Made by a program: the position numbers and the translations under genes
Shown here: one piece after another, positions 21,688-33,633 of the stretch
Layout of the letters: each line of letters opens with the position of its first letter
Position numbering within the stretch: position 1 is the first letter of the stretch
Notes under the pieces: model-generated
Seen by the model: only the letters and a program-made list of their open reading frames with translations
Databases searched by the model: none
What the model was told of the DNA's origin: nothing
Assembly: GCF_001194135.2 (NCBI RefSeq)
Contig: NC_068988.1
Location: 67,857,247 to 67,890,991, forward strand
Source: Octopus bimaculoides
Lineage: Eukaryota
Direction: 5' to 3'
DNA length: 33,745 nucleotides

Positions 21688-21895
21688 GGTTTCTAGTTTT
21701 GGTGCCAGGCCAGCAATTTCGGAAGAAGTCAATTGCACCGATCCCAGTGTTCAATTCGTACATATGTTTTCGACCACAAAAAGATGAAAGGCAAAGTTGG
21801 CCTCGGCAAAATTTAACTCGACTGAATTTAAAGACGGACGAAATCCGCAAAGCATTTTGTCCGGTGTGCTAACGGTTCTGCCAGCTTGCTGCCTT
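21688..21895 (-). mobile_element. SINE family A, near full-length
   Basis: Reverse complement AAGGCAGCAAGCTGGCAGAACCGTTAGCACACCGGACAAAATGC..GCCGAGGCCAACTTTGCCTTTCATC..TTGCTGGCCTGGCACCAAAACTAGAAACC; a further head fragment lies at about 21925-21960. Confidence 0.8.
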
Positions 21896-21994
21896 TTTTT
21901 TTTCTGCCCTCTTTCTGCCTCTTTCCCCGGCGTGCTAACGATTCTACCAACTCGCTACCTTATAATAACACACAGTCAGATTTATTTGTTTACT

Positions 21995-22570
21995 CCTGTG
22001 ATTTTAGATTTTAGATAGATTTCATCAATTAGCAGCTGGTGTTTCGTGCTCGTACACTTTCTCGCACCTGTCTTTTCAAGATGTTCATACAACTCCTCTG
22101 ATAGCATTCCCGTTAATAATTTACACATTAACAGAAGACAAGTAGTGGGTCTGAAATTTGAAATCTTATTTCCTTTTTGCCTAATCTTTTGTCAATTAAT
22201 GTTGTCCTTCCTGTAGCCAGGCAATTCGGCATGCTACATCACTCAATCTTCTCATTTAATAATGCATTGAGCACAGGTATGACTGACTTGATAGTCTTTA
22301 GCCAGTAGCCCAGAACCCCATCGGGTCATAGTGCTATCAAATTTTGGAGACTGCATTGTTGATTTTGCAATTTATTCTGGGTTAATACTACATTATCCTG
22401 TTGATTCTTGTCTTTAAGTAATTTTTCAATCATTTTTGTGCCACATCAGGATTTGCCCTTTACTCTCATCCCAAATTCTTTCACGAAATTTCTTGTTCTC
22501 ACTGGTGCCCGGAATAATTGCTTCCGTTCTTTCTCTGCCGTCAAGCTGGGCGAAAAGATTCTTTTGGTTA
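21995..22570 (-). mobile_element. Decayed non-LTR RT fragment of R4/Dong-like type (RT domains 0-2)
   Basis: PDGVLGYWLK..PNCLATGRTTLI..SNFRPTTCLLLMCKLLTGMLSEELYEHLEK..TKHQLLID corresponds to the GPDG.YWLK, FRPITCL..WKLLTG and TKDQLLID motifs of RLE-type LINE RTs. Confidence 0.8.
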
Positions 22571-22597
22571 CTTTAAAACACTCTACTTTGATGAAAT

Positions 22598-22735
22598 TGG
22601 TTTGCACGCCGGACAAAATACTTAAAATTCAGTTGAGGCAGACTTCGCATGTTATCCATTCAGGGCCGATAAAATATCTACCACTCAAGTACTGAAGTCG
22701 TGTCATCGACTCAACGCCTCCCCTCAAAATCTGCA
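22598..22735 (+). mobile_element. SINE family A, internally deleted
   Basis: GCACGCCGGACAAAATACTT..GAGGCAGACTTCGC..ATCCATTCAGGGCCGATAAAA..GTACTGAAGTCG..ATCGACTCAAC..CCCTCAAAAT. Confidence 0.6.

Positions 22736-22786
<51 letters not shown>
22736..22786. repeat. (ACT)n microsatellite
   Basis: Direct reading. Confidence 0.95.
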
Positions 22787-22787
<1 letters not shown>

Positions 22788-24802
22788 TTCGTGTGGTTAT
22801 GGCAGTATTGATTTTGAAGAAATTATCGTAAAGTTGTCTAACGTGTGACAAATGGTCATCGTACACCACTCAGCTCTTTAAATCAAGCAGTAAACATTTC
22901 TGAACGTCTAAGAGTGTTACCACTTATATCAAAACTGCCACAGTAATCTGACTTCAGCATCGGAAACGTTCTATTAGAAATTGGAAACTATGGTTGTACA
23001 GTTAAAATTGCGTGCTCACTTTTGTTTTTGTGCATGTACACCACAGAACACTCAGAATGATATAAACATGTAAAATAAATTCCTTTTCCCATGTTTGTGC
23101 GTCTCTGTTTAATTTTCTAGGAAACCTACTCTGTTTAAAGAGAAGTTCGACCATTCTAACTTTCTAATTTCCTCTGAATCTTAAGATCCTAATTGCACTT
23201 TCCCTGTAAGGAACCTACTCTAGTGTTTGAGTCAATTCGATACATGCCACCCACAAAATTCTCACCTCTCAGTTACTTTTGTAATGTTTTGCCGATAAAA
23301 CATAAAATATAACCTGCTTCTCTTAATTTTCTATTTTCATGCCTTAACTTCATGCCATCATTATATTTTATTGGAATGCGTTATCTGAACTTTAATTTTC
23401 ATATTTTCAGTTCTGCATTTTAAATCTAAATAGCTAATTTTAATTTCTGAAACGTTTAACCTTTAAATTGCCAATTATTTACATAAATGACCTTTACAAA
23501 ATTTCGCTGGATACTTATTACAGAAGTAATTGACAGCTCACATATCAACTTATAATATGCGAGATAGCTTTAATAAAATACAGAGAAAAACGCTTCACCG
23601 TTAAGTTGCCATATGGAAAATAAAAACAAACGCTATATAATTTCGTTTCTCCCAAACAAAGAAATAAATTCCTTTACAATATACTAAAAGAACACCTACG
23701 AATGAAAAATCTTGAATCTTTACAACTCTTTATTCCTTAATATCTAATATTAAGTCATCATATGCAAACTCTCTTATTTAATATAATTTATATTAATTGG
23801 GGACGACGACTATTACTGTAGAAATTCACTACACGAATCATCGTAGAAAAACAATTGAGACACGGACGATTCTTTAAAAATGCTAACGCATAATATCTTG
23901 CATGCAGCCAACTACCATTAGGATTTGATTATTTATCACATAAAATAAAATATTTATATTCGGTGACACTTTTCAATGAAGTATTAGTACTTGAACACTA
24001 TTAATCAATCTCCGAGACAATGACATGTGTATTTGTTCTGCTCAGTGTATACGTAAATAAGTATATATATATATATATATATATGCATGTATGTATATAT
24101 ATATATGCATATATACATATATGTATATATATATGTATATANNNNNNNNNNNNNNNNNNNNNNNNNNNNNNNNNNNNNNNNNNNNNNNNNNNNNNNNNNN
24201 NNNNNNNNNNNNNNNNNNNNNNNNNNNNNNNNNNNNNNNNNNNNNNNNNNNNNNNNNNNNNNNNNNNNNNNNNNNNNNNNNNNNNNNNNNNNNNNNNNNN
24301 NNNNNNNNNNNNNNNNNNNNNNNNNNNNNNNNNNNNNNNNNNNNNNNNNNNNNNNNNNNNNNNNNNNNNNNNNNNNNNNNNNNNNNNNNNNNNNNNNNNN
24401 NNNNNNNNNNNNNNNNNNNNNNNNNNNNNNNNNNNNNNNNNNNNNNNNNNNNNNNNNNNNNNNNNNNNNNNNNNNNNNNNNNNNNNNNNNNNNNNNNNNN
24501 NNNNNNNNNNNNNNNNNNNNNNNNNNNNNNNNNNNNNNNNNNNNNNNNNNNNNNNNNNNNNNNNNNNNNNNNNNNNNNNNNNNNNNNNNNNNNNNNNNNN
24601 NNNNNNNNNNNNNNNNNNNNNNNNNNNNNNNNNNNNNNNNNNNNNNNNNNNNNNNNNNNNNNNNNNNNNNNNNNNNNNNNNNNNNNNNNNNNNNNNNNNN
24701 NNNNNNNNNNNNNNNNNNNNNNNNNNNNNNNNNNNNNNNNNNNNNNNNNNNNNNNNNNNNNNNNNNNNNNNNNNNNNNNNNNNNNNNNNNNNNNNNNNNN
24801 NN

Positions 24803-24856
<54 letters not shown>

Positions 24857-24871
24857 TACATACATACATAC
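24803..24871. repeat. (GA)n followed by (TACA)n
   Basis: Direct reading. Confidence 0.95.
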
Positions 24872-25280
24872 AAGTTCAGGTTTATACCTGTAATTATTGT
24901 GGCACTGGGATATGTAACAAACTGCCTGAGCACCAGTCTTAAGAAATTAGGCTTCTCAAAACCATAAAAGAGAAATCTGTTTCGGAGACTACAGATTCAA
25001 CTCATCACTAAAATTGTAAAAAATTTCTAAAATTTCCAGAAGTCTACCATTTAAGTATATATGCTCATGTCTGGGCATGCAACTATATGCATAAGAATAT
25101 ATAGATAAAACAAAACATACATGCACTGACAACAACTACTGCATACATACACACATACACACATACACGCAAACATACCCTGTTGTTGTTGGTGAAATTT
25201 GAACGAAGGAGCCTTGAATCTAGATTAGAAACTGGCTTTTTCTCTATTGGCAAGAATTCGTTAAATAAAATTAAATGATG
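24870..25280 (+). mobile_element. Short 5'-truncated RLE-type LINE copy: ORF C-terminus plus 3' UTR
   Basis: YKFRFIPVIIVALGYVTNCLSTSLKKLGFSKP*KRNLFRRLQIQ..KIVKNF; 3' UTR GGAGCCTTG..AGAAAC..GCAAGAATT..AAATAAAATTAAAT aligns with 6230-6300. Confidence 0.8.
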
Positions 25281-25295
25281 GCAAACATACATGCC

Positions 25296-26590
25296 GTAAC
25301 ATCTCTCTTATACAGCAATACTAAATACTGTAACTCAGTTCTCAAAATTAACAGAACAGTTTCTTACGAGTTGGCAACTTGCTCCTCAAGAAGCACTGTC
25401 TTCCTACTGACCTTCCATATAAGACCAAAACAGTCGGACCTCAAAGACCTGGATGCGAAACGCTCAGCACAGAAAAGCATGTCCATGCATGGGTACGTTC
25501 CTCGAAGTCTTCAAGAGGACAGTAGTATTGACATTAAGCAAAACTTATACTGGACTTGCAACCGATACATCCCATCATACTTCTAAGGCTGTGCATTTGC
25601 AATTCAAGAGCAGGACATTGCTACTAAATACTTGATAAACAAAAGAGACGATGAAGGCCTTTTAGTTTCAAGATAGAAGCGAAAATATCGATTGTCATAT
25701 TTCTGTGTAAGACATCACACATGTGATAAGCAGCTTTACCAGAATGTTAAGTTACTACTTCGCTATGCGACATGATGTTGTCTCAAGAACGATATACAAT
25801 GCCATCTGGAAAAAAGACTGTCCAGAAGTAAATACTGACATAAACATCAACACAGGGAATTCTGGTGGAACATTCCAATCAAAACACCTGTCAAGCATAA
25901 CAGGCCGAATGTTACTGTTTAGGAGAGAGAAGAAAAGGTATGTACCGTCATAGAGGTCAACTGTGCTGCTCATGAAAAGCAAAGAGAAAGGGGGTAACTA
26001 TAGACAACTGCTTTGAAACCGCCTGCTTCTATATCCATATTATATATATATATATATCCATATTATATGTATATANNNNNNNNNNNNNNNNNNNNNNNNN
26101 NNNNNNNNNNNNNNNNNNNNNNNNNNNNNNNNNNNNNNNNNNNNNNNNNNNNNNNNNNNNNNNNNNNNNNNNNNNNNNNNNNNNNNNNNNNNNNNNNNNN
26201 NNNNNNNNNNNNNNNNNNNNNNNNNNNNNNNNNNNNNNNNNNNNNNNNNNNNNNNNNNNNNNNNNNNNNNNNNNNNNNNNNNNNNNNNNNNNNNNNNNNN
26301 NNNNNNNNNNNNNNNNNNNNNNNNNNNNNNNNNNNNNNNNNNNNNNNNNNNNNNNNNNNNNNNNNNNNNNNNNNNNNNNNNNNNNNNNNNNNNNNNNNNN
26401 NNNNNNNNNNNNNNNNNNNNNNNNNNNNNNNNNNNNNNNNNNNTATATATATACCTTTCGTACGCTTGGCTGCCTAAGTGACAGTCTGGATAAGCTTGGA
26501 TTTTCAAAAGAGATCAAACCAACTCACTCATTATAAATAGAGTCTGCACGTGGAATAGTAAAAATATACAAAACTTTTCAAAGGGAAGGA
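25296..26590 (+). mobile_element. 5'-truncated RLE-type LINE (zinc-knuckle region, endonuclease, C-terminus), interrupted by (TA)n and a gap
   Basis: MHGYVPRSLQEDSSID..CAFAIQEQDIATKYLINKRD..DITHVISS..MRHDVVSRTIY..FWWNIPIKTPVKHNRP..CTVIEVNCAA..NYRQLL; after the gap, GCLSDSLDKLGFSKE..GIVKIYKTFQ at 26477-26585. Confidence 0.85.
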
Positions 26591-27128
26591 TTTATATAAT
26601 TATAAACACAACAGAACATATATTTGTATACACACACATAATTGAAAGTCTGTCGATGTCTTATTTGCTCCCATAAAACATCAATCATTACGTTGTGTTG
26701 TATGTGTATGGGTAGCGAGTCTACCAGTGACTTGATACCTATGCAAATGCAAACTTATGAACATTTTTTTTTAATCTTTAAATAAAACCATTTAAAACGT
26801 AATCTATAAACTAATGGATTTCACTTGAAATGAGATTGATTATCTCTCTCCTTTTCATGTCTCTAGTAGCTTTTCGAGCATGGATGCAGCTGGGATTGCC
26901 GTCTCTGAAAACTTGTCAAACTTTTTATTCAATATTAGTAACAATATGGAGTGGATTTGACAAGATTTAATATTGATACAAATCGATTTAATGTGCAATA
27001 AATAAATGAAAGGCTAATGAATACATGCAAATAAATCCATACATACATAATACACACATGCAGTCATACATACATTCATACTTATATTCGTAAATATGTA
27101 TGTATATACACATATATATCTATTTATG

Positions 27129-27179
<51 letters not shown>

Positions 27180-27184
27180 TTATG

Positions 27185-27220
<36 letters not shown>

Positions 27221-28043
27221 NNNNNNNNNNNNNNNNNNNNNNNNNNNNNNNNNNNNNNNNNNNNNNNNNNNNNNNNNNNNNNNNNNNNNNNNNNNNNNNN
27301 NNNNNNNNNNNNNNNNNNNNNNNNNNNNNNNNNNNNNNNNNNNNNNNNNNNNNNNNNNNNNNNNNNNNNNNNNNNNNNNNNNNNNNNNNNNNNNNNNNNN
27401 NNNNNNNNNNNNNNNNNNNNNNNNNNNNNNNNNNNNNNNNNNNNNNNNNNNNNNNNNNNNNNNNNNNNNNNNNNNNNNNNNNNNNNNNNNNNNNNNNNNN
27501 NNNNNNNNNNNNNNNNNNNNNNNNNNNNNNNNNNNNNNNNNNNNNNNNNNNNNNNNNNNNNNNNNNNNNNNNNNNNNNNNNNNNNNNNNNNNNNNNNNNN
27601 NNNNNNNNNNNNNNNNNNNNNNNNNNNNNNNNNNNNNNNNNNNNNNNNNNNNNNNNNNNNNNNNNNNNNNNNNNNNNNNNNNNNNNNNNNNNNNNNNNNN
27701 NNNNNNNNNNNNNNNNNNNNNNNNNNNNNNNNNNNNNNNNNNNNNNNNNNNNNNNNNNNNNNNNNNNNNNNNNNNNNNNNNNNNNNNNNNNNNNNNNNNN
27801 NNNNNNNNNNNNNNNNNNNNNNNNNNNNNNNNNNNNNNNNNNNNNNNNNNNNNNNNNNNNNNNNNNNNNNNNNNNNNNNNNNNNNNNNNNNNNNNNNNNN
27901 NNNNNNNNNNNNNNNNNNNNNNNNNNNNNNNNNNNNNNNNNNNNNNNNNNNNNNNNNNNNNNNNNNNNNNNNNNNNNNNNNNNNNNNNNNNNNNNNNNNN
28001 NNNNNNNNNNNNNNNNNNNNNNNNNNNNNNNNNNNNNNNNNNN

Positions 28044-28082
<39 letters not shown>

Positions 28083-29326
28083 TGGCCTGGTGGTGCGCGG
28101 GATGGTAATATAAAAAACAACGGGGCGCCGACAAAAGATTTTATGTTCTTATCATTTCCTCTGCCAAATTGGACAAAAATGTTTTCATGAAATCTTATAC
28201 GCCACTTATAATGCATAAGTAATGTCAATATTTATCGCCGGAAAATGGACTAAAACAAAGATAACGCCCAGTACAGTATACTCAAATCTGATTAATCTGC
28301 ATTTTATGGGTCCCATAGTCGGCGTCGGATGTTTTTTTAGTCAACAGCAATTTGAGGAGCCTGATTAATGTTTATTGCAGATTTGGGAGAAAGCGTCAGG
28401 ATACACTTCAAGTTACGATCCTTAACGCTGCGAAAGTGCTTAAAAAATGCGGTTTATCTGCTCCTGGGCCCCCATTAGGCAAGACGTTGAGCAATTTTTG
28501 ACTCATGTTTGTGTGTGAAGAAAAACTGAAAGCTAGATTGATAGATATGTTAGTTGTCTGTTATCATAAAATGAGTTTGAACAATAACCTTTGCCATGCG
28601 GTTCGGGTTAAACGTCCAATTTCTTTGAACAACGATATTGGCGTTACGAAATTGGATGCAAGAAGCTAGGTGGGTTAACCAGGGAGATGATTGAAAATCT
28701 GTGATTGAATATTTAAGACTGAAAGTGGCATGAAGGTTCTTTTGGGTAAATTTATGTGCAAAGATTAACAACAACGACGTAAAAATACCAGACATTAAAA
28801 AACGTATCTTAAGTATTTCAAAACAGCTACTTAATTGGAGCAAAACAAGGGAACGATGTTTAACTAGAGCATCCAGAACCTATTTGTTGAACGTATCTGG
28901 AGAACAAGAAGACCAGCGTGTTTCTGAGGAAACCATGGTTGAATTTGCCGTCAACAGTAGATAGTGAATGGCATTAGCTGAAGGCCTGGACTTAGTTGTC
29001 GAGAACCTTATCAGAGGATTGGTAAAAACCCTATTTCCTCATTGAAGTCGCCTGATGCAGTTTACCTGAAATATCATTGCAGTGTTTCTTGCAGAAATTT
29101 GGTTTAGAATACTAAAAAAAAAAAAAAACTCTAGAGAGACAACCATAGCAAATGAGCACAGAGGAAGCCATTCTGTCAGCAAAGGCAAAACGGAAGGCTA
29201 ATGGACAAAACAGTTGTGACCCAGATACTCCTACTGAAGATGAAAGTTTTCCAACATTCTTACAGAATTTGTTAGCAACAGAAGAGCTTAATACATTATG
29301 AAATGGCTCTTAGAGTTTTGTTTAGT

Positions 29327-29367
<41 letters not shown>

Positions 29368-30551
29368 AGAAAACATCCGAAAGCACATATACAATTGTGC
29401 TAATATAGACAAATAAGAAGTAAACGCATGATATTACCAGCGTAAACGAGTAGTAAAAGCATGAAGTAGTAATGATGATGAACAGAAAACAAAATGTTGA
29501 GATTGACATAGAATCCAACATAACTGTGGATTCGGCGGGGAAATTGATTAGGTGGCGTATTTTATCTTAGTCCATTGTCATATTTGTTCCGGTAGAATCA
29601 TTATTGGTACCAACAGCCAGTGAGTGGTCCACTGAAAACCTGCAATTAACCACAGTACACATCATATAATATGACATAAAACAAATAATTCTATAAAGAA
29701 TAGGTTGACGGCATATTTAATAACAAGAACTTACATAAAGTGACGAATAATGATTTCCAATTTTGTCACAAAGACACTGAGATCGGAAATAAGATTTTGC
29801 ACCTCACAGGAATAGAAACATAGCTCACATCGGCAGGATATGAATTCATATAGAAGAAAATAAAACTACCGATCTAAATATAGCAAGGAATTTATTACGA
29901 GAGTTTACCTTCTTCTACTTCATAACCAGCTTCCCATTACTCATGATTTATACTAATCTCCATATAAATTACATTAACCACCGCTTTCTTATCTGTCGCT
30001 CGAGGAATTACCTTTAAAGTTTCAAAGCTAAAAGAATCTTCCATAATTTAGCGAACTACAACACAGAAAGATAACCTGAAGCACCTGAAAATAACATGTT
30101 GAAGAAATAGCCTTTNNNNNNNNNNNNNNNNNNNNNNNNNNNNNNNNNNNNNNNNNNNNNNNNNNNNNNNNNNNNNNNNNNNNNNNNNNNNNNNNNNNNN
30201 NNNNNNNNNNNNNNNNNNNNNNNNNNNNNNNNNNNNNNNNNNNNNNNNNNNNNNNNNNNNNNNNNNNNNNNNNNNNNNNNNNNNNNNNNNNNNNNNNNNN
30301 NNNNNNNNNNNNNNNNNNNNNNNNNNNNNNNNNNNNNNNNNNNNNNNNNNNNNNNNNNNNNNNNNNNNNNNNNNNNNNNNNNNNNNNNNNNNNNNNNNNN
30401 NNNNNNNNNNNNNNNNNNNNNNNNNNNNNNNNNNNNNNNNNNNNNNNNNNNNNNTATACATGTGTGTGTGTGTGTGTGTGTGTGAGTATGTGTGTGTGTA
30501 TGTATACGTATATGTGTGTGTGTATACATATGTGTGTTTATGCATACAAAT

Positions 30552-30601
<50 letters not shown>

Positions 30602-30939
30602 ATTGCAGTCTTCAGCTATTGGAATTCTTCCCAACTCTGTCTTTCTCTCTGTCTTCCTATCTCTCTTAACCTTCTTGCTTATAGCATTCTTTTCCTTGTT
30701 GAAATATTTCTTAACTATTCCTGATTACATTGGTGGACTAGAGATTTCTATGGTTCATATCTTTCTATCCTACACATTTCTGTTTTACCTGGTTCTCAAA
30801 GCTTGCATACACACACAACCTATACGACAAAACGTATACAAATGTATGTGTACTCTCGCCCTTCGTATATCCAGCTCTTCTTGTCTCTCTCTCGATTTAT
30901 ATATATATATATATATATACACACACATACACACACACA

Positions 30940-31540
30940 TTAGGCGTACCGCAAAGGAATCTCATTTCATATAATGAGTCCAAATCAGCAAAAGTTTATT
31001 TATTCAAAATATAATAAACTTTGTTAGCAATGACATTTTCCCATATTGATACAAATTTTCTAATGCTTCGGGATAAAACGATTGTTTGGAGCGTCGCTTT
31101 GACATCGTCTCTACTTCTAAATGCTTTCAAATTATTCAGGTCACCTGAATATGTGAAGATCTGATGGGATTAGTCCTCGTAAGTAGGGAGGTGATATAGA
31201 GTATCAAAACCTAAGGAATTTATCTTTTTTCTTGGGTTATTTTCGTTAAATGAAGTATTGCGTTTTCATGCTGCAGGATGACTGCATTTCATTTGATTAA
31301 AGCTGGTTGTTGTTTAAGGAAAACTTGATAGACCTTTTCAAGTTTCTGATAATGTTCTGCTTTACCGTGCTGCAATTATTTGAAGATACGGCATCTATGG
31401 TATTCCAACAAACGCACAACAAAAACTTTCTTGAGTGTAGATCAGGCTTGGGTGTTGGAAACGAATTTTTATTTGACAATAGCCTGAGCTTCGTACCTTT
31501 ATTGTTGGTGTAGACTATTTCTCATTTATTCCATTTACTT
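30940..31540 (-). mobile_element. Mariner 3' half, decayed
   Basis: PTPKPDLHSRKFLLCVCWN..VILQHENAILH..KITQEKINSLG..PSDLHIFR; possible terminal repeat ATTAGGCGTACCGCAAAGG at about 30939-30957. Confidence 0.75.
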
Positions 31541-31544
31541 GAGT

Positions 31545-31720
31545 ATTTTATCAATGGTAGATCATTGAGAAGCAAAGACAATGTGGAAATGACATTCCAA
31601 ACCTTTTTCTCTTCTAAAGAACCAAACTTTTTTTTGCCTGAGTAATTTGAAAACTAGTTTATCGGTGAGAAATATGAAATGCCAGAGACGGCGATTATAC
31701 ATTGAACGAAAAGACATATT
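31545..31720 (+). mobile_element. Mariner transposase C-terminal fragment
   Basis: YFINGRSLRSKDNVEMTFQTFFSSKEPNFF, matching the mariner C-terminal helix region. Confidence 0.6.
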
Positions 31721-31789
31721 ATATATATAATCGAAATTTATAGAAAAACACAAGATGAAGACAGGTGTATGAACAACAAGGAGGTGTAT

Positions 31790-32950
31790 TATCAGCTCAT
31801 CCTACATGAATTTTGAATAAAGAAAACAAGTGATCAAATATTATATTTAATTGAAATTTAATCATCAATGTACTTTCCCTGATTATCTATGACTTCCTTC
31901 CATCTATTTACAAGCTTTTTAATCCCATCAATGTAAAACTATTTTGGTCTCAAACCGAAGAACTCCCAAATGTCAGTTTCGACCTCCTCCTGGCTTGCGA
32001 AAGTTATGTCCCCAAATGATTCTGTAAACTACGAAACAAATACTAGTCTGAGGGAGCAAGGCTGCGAGAATAAGGTAGATGATGAATTGTTTCCCAACCA
32101 AGCTCTTTGATCTTCTGTGATGTGATCTTTGCAGAGTGGGGTCGTGCATTGTCCTGATGAAACATCATTCCTTTTCGATTCACTAAAGCGGGTCTTTTTC
32201 TCTTCAAAGCTTAGTTCAAACGCTCTGATTGCAGACAGTAGACTTGAGTATTGATTGTTGCATTTGATGGTAACAATTCAAAATGAATTACTCCTTTGCA
32301 ATCCCACCAGATAGAGAGAAGAACCTTTTTCCATGAAGTTGCCTTCTGGGTTGTGGTTGAGCCTTTTCCCTTTTACCAAGCCACTGTTTACGTCGTTTCA
32401 CATTTCGATAGAAGATCCAGTCACAATTCTATCCAAATAGGGTAAAATGAGTTCGCAAGAATGGAGAGAAGGGTAGATGTCAATTCATGAGTCACCTATT
32501 TTCCAAGTTTAGGAACCTTTCCATGTAATTGAAGATGGCGATGAACAGTTCTATGGTTTGAAGTAATCTTTATTACCAATTATTCAACTGATAATGCAGG
32601 ATTTTCTTCAAGTAATGCCTCAAGGAGCTTATCATCAAACTCAACTGGGCGTCCTGTTTGATCTTCATCTCTACTTCTGAATTTTGCAAACCATCTTCTG
32701 CAAGGTCTTTTTGCAAACTATCTTCTGGAAGTTCTTTCATTGAAGCATTCTTTCCCATAAACTGAGTGTACGCTTCAAGTCGCTTCGGTTGCAGAGTTTC
32801 CGTTGTTGTTCTCATAAAGCATTATGTGCTTAAATGTACACAAATTCATAGAAATAATTTTAAATTCCATTAGACATTCTAAAATGCTATTAAATTTCAT
32901 TTAATTTTAAAAAAGGTAAAACCAGACAGAACTTCTGGGATGACTTGATA
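31790..32950 (-). mobile_element. Complete mariner element (DD34D), about 1.16 kb including TA duplications
   Basis: Ends TATCAGCTCATCC (from 31790) and GGGATGACTTGATA (to 32950, reverse complement TATCAAGTCATCCC); internal transposase pseudogene. Confidence 0.85.
31860..32870 (-). pseudogene. Mariner transposase pseudogene
   Basis: FKHIMLYE..NSATEAT..CRRWFAKFRS..GRPVEFDD..VPKLGK..LDRIVT..HGKKVLLSIWWDCKG..FHQDNARPHSAKITSQKIKELGWETIHHLPYSRSLAPSD (34 residues between the second and third D); stops and frameshifts present. Confidence 0.9.
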
Positions 32951-32971
32951 GTCTCACCCTCGGGAAAGTGA

Positions 32972-33020
32972 AATATATGCGATGGGCTTCTTTCAGTTTC
33001 CGTCTACCAAAGGCTGTGGC
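32972..33020 (-). mobile_element. SINE family B fragment
   Basis: GGGCTTCTTTCAGTTTCCGTCTACCAAA matches 3622-3649. Confidence 0.55.
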
Positions 33021-33029
33021 AGAACAGAA

Positions 33030-33450
33030 TCTCTACTTGATCTCATGAAAACACAGTTCATGGGCAAACCATACTGTCTCCAGTCAGAAACATCGACGTA
33101 TTAAACTTCTGTTTGACCAACAATGTGGAACTTATTCACTAACATCTCGGACCACAACATCATTGAACTAACAATGTATGGTCCAAGATAAATTGGTAAT
33201 GTATTTTATATAGGTGCAATCCAAACTCTGTCCACTCTACAAGATTGTCTGGAAGTTAATTGAAAAACAGATACTAAAGTAGTATTCGCTTCAAAGTCTC
33301 TCTGTGCAGGACACTGATATGAGACTTAAAGAATTCATGTCAATGAATGCATTAAATTTGCTCAAAAGAAGAGAGTAATTACATAGAAAACTATCATTCT
33401 CGAGAGAGGAGAATCCCTATGAGACGCAGAATAAAGATCTCCAATCTACG
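33030..33450 (+). mobile_element. Decayed CR1/L2-like LINE ORF2 fragment (end of APE endonuclease and linker)
   Basis: RNIDVLNFCLTNNVELIH..ISDHNIIELTM matches the APE C-terminal LDL..TN..SDH motif; downstream, ERRILMRRRIKISNL. Confidence 0.55.
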
Positions 33451-33576
33451 GAGCCACATGAATTTTTAAAGTAAATCTAGTGGCATATACCTCCGTACTG
33501 TTGTAGCACCGAAAACTGTCAATGAGTTTTAAGGGGCATACTACAAAGTGTATACCCGATTACAAGGTGATATATA

Positions 33577-33583
33577 CATGTGT

Positions 33584-33628
<45 letters not shown>
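33577..33628. repeat. (TG)n microsatellite
   Basis: Direct reading. Confidence 0.95.

Positions 33629-33633
<5 letters not shown>

Larger units (their letters stand above)
3835..30454. other. Nine assembly gaps: 3835-3952, 9007-9497, 10740-11356, 16592-16601, 19328-19769, 24142-24802, 26076-26443, 27221-28043, 30116-30454
   Basis: N runs, most flanked on at least one side by TA, CA, GA or CT microsatellites. Confidence 0.99.

Noticed and set aside
24870-26075. Idea that the two RLE-LINE pieces are one circularly permuted or collapsed copy, since the long copy breaks at LLYP and the short copy starts at YKFRFIPV
   Set aside because: The long copy's own C-terminus (GCLSDSLDKLGFSKE..KIYKTFQ) resumes after the gap at about 26477, so these are two separate copies.
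28924-28960. CTGAGGA-AACCATGGTT-GAAT hammerhead-like string
   Set aside because: GAAT instead of GAAA, no UH site and no stem I pairing; explained by a 10-bp palindrome.
28500-29330. Possible very old RTE-like LINE remnant (PDIKKRI, LLNVS, RQNGRLMD)
   Set aside because: Motif matches are too short and too frameshifted to support a call without a profile search.
8875-30634. Long ORFs of 150-400 aa in the track
   Set aside because: They consist of N-gaps (X) plus microsatellite translations (YIYI, CVCV, THTH, ERER); no coding signal.
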